The notes under the pieces are model-generated. The model made no database searches and had not been told where the DNA came from. It saw only the letters and a list, made by a program, of their open reading frames with translations. Of a stretch of 64,000 nucleotides of DNA, positions 37,716 to 47,806 are shown one piece after another. Every line of letters begins with the position of its first letter. The stretch's first letter is position 1. Both the position numbers and the translations under genes were made by a program. The DNA comes from Azolla caroliniana (taxonomy: Eukaryota > Plantae > Polypodiophyta), in NCBI GenBank assembly GCA_043228905.1, contig JBHGNT010000013.1:7192001-7256000 (forward strand). The letters are read 5' to 3'.

Positions 37716-40700
37716 TGACATTTAGTTGAATTTATATTTCTATCATTGTACTTTTACATGTAAATTCACATACATGAGAGCTAAAATGAGTGACATGGTT
37801 ATCATGCACCACATGTAATACATGAGCGCCAAATGGCCAACATGCACTTTATGCATGTCTTGTACCTTCTCATGCATCATATGCATGAGAGCATCTATAA
37901 AAGAAGGGATGAAAAAGAAGAAGGGTTAGGTTTTTTTGGTTATGAAATTAAGAAGAAGAAAATTCGTTATCGATTTGATGGTGTAACTTGTTTCTTAAAA
38001 TCTAAAATCAAGAATTCAATCTTAATCTCTCTCAATCTAAAGTCAAGTGTTCTATTCTATCTCAAGCTCTCTCTCTCTTTCATTCTAGCTTAAGTACTTT
38101 CTCGCTAAAGCTTGCACCAACTTCAAGTTCTTCCGTTCCAGAACCCCGGCGGTTCCGCCTCATGATCCGCGCGTAGTGACGGATCTTCACGACAACATCT
38201 GGAGTTGACCAAGTGGTAATAAAAAATGTGATTGCTGAGAATATGCGTCATCACCTGGGCATAGCGCAAAATCTTGTCTCTGAGAGAGGGCATCCGCTTT
38301 CCCATGTTGAATGTCAGGTCGAAACAATATTTTGAAGTCGTAGTCGGCGAGAAAAGATGACCAACAAGCCTATCTCCGATTCAACATACGACTGGTGGTG
38401 AAGTAGATGAGATTCTTGTGGTCAGTCAGCACCTAGATACGATGTTGGGCCCCAGCGAGATAGGGTCACCATTCGGCGAAGGCAGAGATGATAGTTGCAA
38501 GCTCCTTGTTGTAGACCGGATAATTGATTTCTGGCGATGTAAACTTTCGGGTAGAAAGGCGACCGGATGTAGTGTGTCATTGTCGTCTGGTTGGGATAGA
38601 ACCACGCCAATGGCGAAGTCGCAGGAATTGGTCTCAACCTGGAAGGGTCTCTTGGGGTCAAGGTGAACCAACACTAAGGCTAAGAGAAAAGTTGCTTTGA
38701 GGCTCTCAAAAGCATTGTGTGTCGTGGGGGTCCAGAGAAATGGAGTATCTTTTTGAGTAAGTTAGATAACAGGTTGCACGACGGAAGAAAACCCGTCTAT
38801 AAATTTTCTATAGAAATTTGCCAAACCAAGAAATGATTGTACCTCTTTCAATCGAGTCGAGAGAGGCGAATCAGTGATTGCCGCTACCTTGTGCTTATCC
38901 ATTGTGATCCTGGTGGGTGAGATCATGTAACTCAGGAATTCGCCAAAGGTTCGATCGAATTCACATTTCTCACTTTTGGCGTAAAGCCCATATTCCCAAA
39001 GTTTGGTTAGTACCAACCGGACGTGTTGTGTGTGCTCCTCTAAGTTGGAAGAAAAAACTAGGATGTCATCAAGGTAGTTTACCATGAAGTGATCGAGGTA
39101 CTCTCGAAATATATCGTTCATCATGTGTTGGAAGACTGCTAGGGCGTTGGTAAGACCTAAATGCATCACCTTGTACTCGAAATGCCCATAGCGCGTCCGA
39201 AAGGCCGTTTCCCACTCGTCCCTAGGGTTGATGCGCACTAGATTGGAGGCTCCCGAAGGGACCAAATTCCCAACAAGCTCCCCCTTCACTCCGGCATGGG
39301 ATGTCTTGTCAATCCAATCCGTCTCCTACACGCATCCAGCTTGTCAGCTGACAACACCTTCATCAACATATCCGATCCGTTTTCTTCCGTGTGGATCTTT
39401 ACCAGCGCGAAGTCTTGATCTTCTACTCTCTCCCGGAGCCAATGGTATCTACGTTGGATGTGCTTCGTCCTGGAATGATAGGCCGCGTTCTTCGCAAGGT
39501 GGATGACACTCTAACTGTCGCAGTAGAGCCGGAATTCCTCTTGTCAGATCCCTAGCTCTCCGATGAAGTCCTTCATCCAGATTACCTCTTTGCCGGCTTC
39601 CATGGTTGCCATATACTCTGCTTTAGTTGTCGACAATGCAACAGACTTCTACAACCTCGACTGCCACGATACAACTCCCCCTACATAAGTCATGACCAGA
39701 CGGTATCCGCATCAGCCGACATATCCGAATCCGTGAATCCTTCAAGTTGGGGTTTTCTTGAGGTGAATCGGAGGCACATACTTGAGGTGCCTTTCAAGTA
39801 CTAGAGTATCCAGTTGACCACAGTCCAGTGTTCTCTTCCCAGATTGCGCATGAACCAGCTGACCATTCCGACTGCATATCTGATATCCAACCGGGTACAC
39901 ACCATTGCGTACATCAAGCTTCAGATGGCAGAGGCATATGGTATCTTCATCATCTCCGACTTCTCTGCCTTTATCTTCCGGCTTTGCTTTCCAGACAGTT
40001 TGCAGTTTGTCGGAAGTGTTGACCCAACCGGCTTAGCATCTGACCTACTGAATCTTTGAAGCACCTTTGTCATGTACTTCTCTTGTGACAACCACAACAA
40101 CTTCTTCGTCCAGTCCCGGACTATGTGCATCCCAATATCTGTCTTGTCGGACCTAGATCTTTCATTGACAAGGTTCGCTTCAAAGCCTTCTTCAAATTTC
40201 CGATTTTGATCCGGTCCGATTCGACGATCAACATGTCATCCGCATACAATAGTAGTATCAGGAAGTCTCTTCCGTTGAACTTGTTCACAAACACGCAGTG
40301 GTCGGCCTGAGTCTTGTGGTATCCTTGATTGGTCATGAAGGAGTCGAACTTCCAGTACCATTGTCGGGGAGCTTGCTTCAGTCCGTATAAGCTCTTCTTC
40401 AACCGGCACACTAGGTGCTTCTTCCCTTTCTTGACAAATCCTTCTAGTTGTTGCATGTAGATCTCTTCTTCGAGGTCGCCATGTAGAAATGTCGTCTTGA
40501 TGTCTAGTTGCTCTACCTCGAGGTTCATGCTTGTTGCTATGCTCAACACAGTCCGGATGGATGTCATCTTGACTACTGGGGCAAAAATCTTGTCGAAATC
40601 CACTCCTTTCTTTTGTTGGAAACCCTTCACCACGATTTGGCCTTTGTATCTCGGTGGGTTTTCAGCATCTCCTAGTTTTAACTTGTACACTCACTTGTTC

Positions 40701-43429
40701 CGGAGCACTCTCTTTCCTTTCAGCAGCTCCGTCAATTCATTTCTGGTTCTCGTGCAAGGAATCCATCTTGTCTTGCATGACACTTAACCACTTACGGTTG
40801 TGGGTGTCTTTCTTTGCTTCTTCGAAGCTTTCCAGCCACCCCTCGTCAATCAGCAACACATGCTCTACATCCGGGAATCTCTGGGGGCCTTTCTCACTCT
40901 TAGAGGATATCTACGTCCCTGGTTTTCGACTACTGATTCCTCCGTTTGTTCTTCATCCGAATCTAATTCGGGGTCTTGTCCGGTTCCAGTGTCCGATTCT
41001 TCTTCTTCGGTCGATTCGGTTCTTTGTCTGAATCCGGCCGGTTCACCATGGTCTTCGGTTGACATCCGGCTTCCGACGGGATGCGTCCTAACATCTTTCA
41101 ATCGATCCCTGTCAATCGACCTGGAGTCCACCAACTCCCAGTCGGCGATGGTCTTGTCTTCCATGAAGACTATGTCTCGACTCCGAAAGACCTTCTTGTC
41201 CACCAAGTCCCACAATCGATAGCCGAACTCATCATCACCATATCCAAGGAATATGAATGGTTGGGACTTCGGATCCAATTTTTTCTCTTGTCCTTTGCTA
41301 CGTGCATGTAGGCAAGACAACCGAAAACCTTCAAATGTCGGTAAGACACGTCTTTACCGATTCATACTCTTTGTGGTGTGTCTCCGTCCAAGGGTGTTGA
41401 GGGTGATCTGTTTATCATGTATGTCGTCGTCATCAGCGCCTCGACCTAAAACATCTTGGCTAACTTGGCATGTGACAGCATACTCTGGAATCTCTCCATT
41501 ACGGTCCAGTTCATCGTTTCAGCCAATCCGTTCAGCTCCGGTGTCTTCGACATAGTAACTTTGAGCCGGATTCCCTTCAACCGACAGTACTCCTCAAACT
41601 GCCCACGATATTCTCCTTCGTTGTCCGCTCAAACCGCCTTCAGCTTCCGACCGGTTTCTATTTCCATCCTCGCATGCAACTCCTTGAAGATGGTTAGTAC
41701 TTGATCCTTCATCTTCAGTGGTGAGACCCACAACTTCCGGCTGTGGTCATCTATGAACATCATGAAGTACTACGATCCGGCATGTGACTTCATGTCCACT
41801 TGGCATACATCAGTATGCACAAGTTCCAACGGTGCATTCCATCTCATCGGTGGTCTTGTTCGAAAGGAGGTTCGGTTTTGTTTGCCAGCCAAGCAATCGG
41901 TGCACTTCTCAAGATGCACGTCTTTCACCTCCGGAATGAGGTTATCATCGGCAAGTTTACGCATCCCCTTCTGGCTCATGTGACACAACCTCTTGTGCCA
42001 CAACTCATCGGCATTGTCGGATGCCACATTCACTTCTTCCCGACATATCCGGGCATGCATCATGTACAATGTGTTGATCTTCTAGGCTGGGGCCATGATG
42101 AGTCTTGGTATATTCACTATAGTCCTAAAATCATATGTGTATAAATATGACTTAGGGCAATCATTGCATGTGTTGTAGTTGTTGTTATTGTTGTATAGTG
42201 AGAGATAGTGCGAGAGAGAAATAGAAAGTATTTTTTTGTTGTAACCGTCGGTTGGCAAAGACACGGAGCTCGAGATCGTTGCCTCCAAGTTTCCCATTTT
42301 ATTCTTCCTCTCATGGTAATAGTTGGAGTATGTGGGCTCCCGTGGTTTTTCCCGATTAGGGTTTTCCATGTTTAATGTCTTCTGTCGGTCTTATTTCTAA
42401 TTTCCGTTCGTTTCCTCCATTAAGTGAGTAAGACTTGGTTGTGGCCGAGCACTATTCTCTACACATAGAACCCTTGCAATACCGTATCCAAGAAAGCATC
42501 TCACATCTTTACCCCTCTAGACATATGAGATGTGATTTGAGATCCGATAACTATCGTAACACTATGGTGTTTTAAAAATCATGGGGGAAAACATTGCAAA
42601 GATGTCTTTCTCGATCTCTATCTTGAATAATCATGGAGGCTCCACGAGGTTCAACCATGGTTCTAGCATCAATGTAATTTCCTAGTTAGCCTTATATTAA
42701 AATGCCAACTCAACATGTATTGATATGATCGAGAAAGTGTGTTACGTGCAAAAACAAGGGCACTCGCAATTAATATTCTAGTCTTGTGAGTAGAAAGCAA
42801 ATGTTATGAAAAAAAGAGAAAAATAAGTCACTGCTTATAAGAGTCAAGAAGTGACGAAAACAAGGTTCAAAAAAACATGCGTTGTCTACTAAACAAAAAT
42901 ACCACAAATAAATGGATGGTGTGAGGTATGCACATATCCATCCCAAATATGGAGATTGTAATTTTCACAATGGTGACATAAGCCACAAGTTGATACAAAT
43001 GGTGGTGGTGGTGTACGCAAAGATGTAGTACTCAAATTATGAGTATTTAAACATCAATAGGGGAACTCATGTGTTTTTAATCGAGTTCTAAAGCTCAATT
43101 ACATGGGTTAAACCTAGAGGACACATTGGAAAAAATATTTAAAAAGCAGCATGATGCCCACTCAATACAAAAAAAATAGACCACACAAAATTGTTACCCA
43201 ATAGGGAAACACACATAAATAGTGTAGATGAATATAAAAATTAAGGGTAAAAAAACAACGAAGTGTGGGTGGGTAGATGAAAATCATAAGGAAATCTTAA
43301 GAAAGGGAGAAGATAACTTGTGTAATTAGAAAATAATTAGAATAATAATCAATTAGGTGTATGAAACATTAAGCATGCCATAAGGTAAGAAACCCTAGGG
43401 TAATCAACATGCACCTACCTCCTCAAGAC

Positions 43430-43860
43430 CACCACATCCCATAGAAACGGCCAAGTGATGGCTCAATAGAGAGAAGAGTGGCATAAGTAAGCGACATACA
43501 CCTCGTGAAGGCCACAACATCCCATAAAATTGGCCAAGTAATGGCTCAATAGAGAGTAGAGTGGCATAGGTAGGTGGCGACATACACCTCGTCAAAGCCA
43601 CATCATCCCATAGAATCGGCCAAGTGATGGCTCAATAAAGGGAAGAGTGTCATACGCAACATCATATGCAAAAGGGCCATGAGATGAGCATGTGCGATTA
43701 GGGCAAACGCGCTCGACCCGATGCACAAGAATAATTAGTATCGTAAGAGATGGCTTAAAAGTGGGGAGAGTGGGAGATACATCGCAACATGCAAAAGAGC
43801 CATGAGTTGAGCATGTGCGATTAGTGCAAACATGCTCAACCCAATGCACAATAAGATTGT
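43430..43860. repeat. Degenerate tandem repeats (three ~80-bp units, then two ~120-bp units) in the chromovirus 5' internal region
   Basis: acatcccata.aa..ggccaagt.atggctcaata x3; gcaaaag.gccatgag.tgagcatgtgcgattag x2. Confidence 0.75.
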
Positions 43861-44844
43861 AAATCGTATCATCGTAGAAAGAATAAAGAAAAGGAAAGAA
43901 ACATGATACAATTTCCATGGGACCAAGAATAATGCATCATAGAAAAGAAGAGAGATAGAGAAAGAAGAATATCGGGTTTAGAATGTTGTTTTGATCCTGA
44001 GAAGAGCATGACGAGCCTTGTTAGATCCCCATCGCTCACACGCAAAAAACATCAAAACAATGAAAAAAAAAGTTAGTAAATGCTCTAATACCATTGTTTA
44101 GAGTCTATTACTAATAAATAGACCAAAATAAAGTAAAAGAAGGAAAATAGATTGGATAGAAGAACCCGTTCTAGCCGACCACCCCCGAGCTATGATCTAG
44201 ACATAGCCAACCTACCACCGATGTCCCATACCGCCGGATATTAGGATGAATAATACCTTGGAAGAGATTACACGATCATCGAGACGAAAGCCTAGCCCGC
44301 ACCACTGGTGTCTAAGACAGTAGCCTTCCGACGTAATGTGCTTATGAGGGTAGCTCGGCCTCATATTTATACCTTTTCTTAGGCTCCTTGAATAGATGTG
44401 CCTTTCTAAAAGGCTCTCCATTCATTGGTTGTCCAAATCATGATAGTGCATGCACCTATCATTCCTTCTATCCAATCACATTAGTCCCCTTCGTAACATT
44501 AGTGAACATACCCTTCACTTATGTAAATATTAGTGACCTACCCTCACCTACGTTATGTGTACATAATGTAAACCCTAACATTGTAACGTAGATCAATCTT
44601 AAGTTTTGTAGAGAGAGAGAGTTATAGAGAAATAGAGAATTAACTGTATTTACTGTGTCTATCTTTTTCTTTTTCTTAGCACTACATATCTGTGTTGTTT
44701 GTTGTGCATAAAAAGACAGGTCTTCATACACATACTTCCGCGCATAGAACGTAATATTCGTGTTCATGCAAGCATTCAAACGTTTGAAATGGGAAAAATA
44801 CGTACTCCTTTTTTTCCATTTTTTTCATTTATTATGATTACAAT

Positions 44845-45320
44845 TTAGCTCACCCGAATGGTAAGGAGTCATATTGTTGTTGTCTATGTCTTGGGTTCAA
44901 TTCCCAATTTTATGTTAGTATTATAATAGTTTTTTTCTTTTCTTTTATTATTATTAAAATTAAGCACAACCTAGTGGTAAGTTGTGCTACTATTGCTTGT
45001 GTCTTGGGTTCAATTCCCAACTTTCTCATATCCTCTTGTTAGTGTCATGGCAAAATTTTATCTTAGTGTCATGTTCCTTTTCCTTTCTTTCTTTCTTTCT
45101 TATTAGAAATTAGTTCACCCTAGTGGTAAATTGTTATGCTACTACTGCATATGTCATGTTTTCTTCATATTCTCGAATATATGTTTTATGAATTTTTTAT
45201 CATTTCTTTTTTCTTTTCTTTTTTTCTTTCTTTGTTATTAGAAATTACCTCACCCTAGTGGTAAATTGTTATGCTACTACTGCCTATGTCATGATTTCTT
45301 CAAATTCTCGAATATACGTT
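44845..45320 (+). repeat. Four degenerate tRNA/SINE-like units (tagtggtaa...gggttcaattccc) separated by T-rich tracts
   Basis: A-box-like core at ~44855, 44972, 45121, 45255; B-box-like gggttcaattccc in the first two units. Confidence 0.5.
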
Positions 45321-45432
45321 TTATGAGTTTTTGAATGTTTGATTATAATTTATAATGACATATTTTGATTCGATCTCTATAGTTCATACTCATTTTTTTG
45401 TAAAGTTCTAAAGTGAGGATGATAGAGATGTC

Positions 45433-45540
45433 TTGATTCTTAAGAAGCATCCCAAAAGTATGCATGTGATACAATGCAAATATTGCAACCATACTTACAT
45501 TGGTGGTTCACAATGGATTAGAGTCCACTTATTGGGTGTT
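45433..45540 (+). pseudogene. hAT transposase BED zinc-finger relic
   Basis: IQCKYCNHTYIGGSQWIRVHLLG matches the hAT BED pattern CxxC..GG..R..HL.G. Confidence 0.65.
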
Positions 45541-45591
45541 GAGAGACAAGCTCAACATTGGGTGCGTAAACGGGTGCGTAACCCAGTACGT

Positions 45592-46422
45592 TGTCGCGGA
45601 ATTCCGCGGGTACGTGTAGGATCTTAGGTGAGACCGCAGGGGTCTTGGACTAGGGAGTAGAGGGGGAATGGGAGCTTAACTTTCGACCTTTGAGTTCAAG
45701 AGGAAGGGAGAAAGAATAAGAGGTTAGCATGGTAGAGAAAATAGAGACAAGATACATCAACAAACTATATTAAGAATCTATTATACGATTACAACCATGG
45801 CCGCGTAAGCCAAATCAAAACCCTAGAAGAAACCCTAACCGGATATGTAAAGAAGAAGAAGAAGAAGAATGAAACCCTAAAACGAGATCCTAAATCTCCA
45901 AACCCTAAAACGAAATAGGGATCATTAAAACCCTAATGGTCTACCTCGAAACAACAAAATGGCAACTCCCCAAAGAAAACCCCAAAAGTGGAAGCCCCTC
46001 CTCACTCAAAATAGGCAACCCCTTCAAAAGAGACCCCTCACTCCCTTTTATAGTAGTAAGGGGTGAGGCACATTACAAAAGGAGAGGTCAAATCCCCTTC
46101 TTTCAATGGGGAATATTTTTCCTTGATCTTAAATCGGTGGGCTTTAACTCTCTCTCCTCTCACATTCACATTCACACTCAATACCCACTACTCCCTACAC
46201 CCATTCTTCATGTACTTTCCTCTAGTCTACAAAATGCACATCACCTTTATGCCTCTACGAACCTCATGGTGCACCTTTAGCACCTTAGATTATTACCCTT
46301 CCCCTTACATTTTGTTATCTTATTCTCATTATACAAATTTACAAGTGCATGTGCAATATTGCACATCCCCATTTTATTTGTCCTACCCGAGTTTCTCACG
46401 GTAGCCGGAAATCTTCATGACT
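45592..46422 (-). mobile_element. Solo LTR, Phygy-like lineage; 4-bp TSD ACGT
   Basis: ACGT at 45588-45591 and 46423-46426; termini related to 29077-29991 and 37066-38194; several aaaccctaa telo-boxes. Confidence 0.8.
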
Positions 46423-46436
46423 ACGTAGACTAGGTG

Positions 46437-46950
46437 TGTAAAACCATACGCAAAATATGGTTGTGGCAATGTTTAAACCGAAAAGCCGTTATAATGATTT
46501 TTCTCGTAAGGAATAGTTTTGGGAGTTAGTGTAGGAGGCTAATTTATGAGTGGTGAAGTACAATCAGTACTTGTGTCAGCCCAATAGTCGAGGCTTGTAT
46601 AAAAGGTGCTCACTGAGCACGAAATATGTAACAGAGAACATATAGAGAATTATTTTGAATATAGTTTTGTATTTCTGCTCTCTCTATCTCTCCCTCACTT
46701 TCTTTGTGATTTTTGTGCTTTACCGAACTGACGTACTACCGAACCGTGTACTCTGTGTTCTTACGCATACGATTCCGCACACGTATTCTTTTACATGGTA
46801 TCAGAGCACGAGGGTTGAGACTCCTTTGGAGCCAACATAAAAGCTTGCGATAAAGATAGAGTTAACTTATTGTCTTCGGAAAGGATGGAGCTCGATAAAG
46901 ACAACAATATGGAAAGAGGAATGGGAAGCTCGCTACCGACTGAGGAGCTC
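46437..46950 (+). mobile_element. 5' LTR (46437-46795) with iMet PBS (46796-46807) of an unrelated LTR element, truncated
   Basis: tgtaaaa...ttttaca followed by tggtatcagagc; TATA tataaaagg ~46598. Confidence 0.8.
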
Positions 46951-47187
46951 CGTCGACGTATTGCCGAATGGTTGCAACGGCTTTCCGGTTCAGAAGCCTC
47001 CATTCCGACTCAAGTACCCCCTTCGGTATTTCCGACCTGTCAATCGGTTCGTACAGGTCCCGAACAATCAGAAGATCCTCCATCTTGATCTTCCAGTCGG
47101 CGTAATTCTGCGCATTCAGCACCATCATCCCCGGCTGCCCGCTGCCGCCGCCTTCCATTTTCTGCAGCAGTCGCTCTGATACCAGTT

Positions 47188-47796
47188 TGTTGAGAAATCG
47201 ACGCTCCGATTAGCCTTCACCACTCGGCCACAACCGAGTAAGCGCGAATCAATGCAGCAGAAAATAGGAATCACAGAGAAAGACACGAATACACAGAGAT
47301 TAACGTGGAAAACCCTGTACGGGAAAAACCACGGGAGTGCAAGACTCCAAACCAACACTATACACAGAGAAGTATACAATGGCGAGCTGCAAGGCGACGA
47401 CCTTGAGCTCGTTGTCCTCGCCACAGGCGGCGGAAATACACAGAGGCGTCGACCTCTTCCTCTCTCACGCTCTATCTCTCTCTCTCTCACGGCTGCTCTC
47501 TCTCTTCACTCCTCTTGAGTGGAAAAACAGAAAAATGAGTAGCGACAATAAACCTGTTTGCCCTAAGTCATATTTATACATATATGACTTTGGGGCTATT
47601 TACAACTATAGCCTCAGGGGCCCTTAGCAAACATATTCACGGATATGTCCCTGCATCCGGATCTCTCTCCGGGTACATTCGTCATCCGGCTCCGAAGCCG
47701 GGGTCTTCATCATCCGGTTCCGAAACCGAAACCGGGCTCGTCGGCATTCATCTCCGACATACGACCATCCCATCCGAAGGGACCGTAATCCCAACA
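47188..47796 (-). repeat. LTR-A (609 bp), shared between two units
   Basis: PBS gctctgatacca 47173-47184 on the left; PPT aactccccct 47797-47806 on the right. Confidence 0.95.
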
Positions 47797-47806
47797 AACT
47801 CCCCCT

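Larger units (their letters stand above)
31682..38194 (+). mobile_element. Phygy/Selgy-like Ty3/gypsy element; truncated 5' LTR 31682-~32450, complete 3' LTR 37066-38194; 4-bp TSD ACAT
   Basis: tgttgtgaaga...tcttcacgaca; ACAT at 31678-31681 and 38195-38198; PPT ggtgggggtgga 37054-37065. Confidence 0.92.
30490..39245 (-). mobile_element. Tcn1-like chromovirus pol fragment (RT-RH-INT) split by a Phygy-like insertion; ~200-bp INT duplication (30501-30698 vs 30866-31059)
   Basis: DEWETAFRTRYGHFEY..YLDDIL (38762-39240), VETNSCDFAIG, INT pieces 30422-31488; reading frame continuous across the ACAT TSD. Confidence 0.85.
26371..42463. mobile_element. Tork-like copia with internal inversion; TSD CATAG
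   Basis: 5' LTR 26371-26871, PBS tggtatcagagc 26875-26886 and gag-AP to ~28040 on +; INT-RT-RH-PPT 42105 to 39276 on -; 3' LTR remainder ~42105-42463 on +; CATAG at 26366-26370 and 42464-42468. Confidence 0.85.
24799..44568 (-). mobile_element. Old chromovirus Ty3 (iMet PBS), outer host of the central nest; 5' LTR 44095-44568, partial 3' LTR 24799-24915
   Basis: 24799-24915 matches 44452-44568; PBS tggtattagagc 44082-44093; INT 25200-26370; chromodomain KIKWMDKPIDDATWERE ~24950-25040; no RT recognisable. Confidence 0.82.

Noticed and set aside
37655-37725. Functional tRNA gene
   Set aside because: No acceptor stem and a poor anticodon stem; only the promoter boxes are retained.
21600-39250. 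Both Tcn1-like copies break just before LVxIxPxDEW in RT
   Set aside because: The junction partners differ and each has its own short microhomology; n=2, probably coincidence.
45825-45940. aaaccctaa motifs as an interstitial telomere
   Set aside because: Dispersed telo-boxes within an LTR, not a tandem TTTAGGG array.
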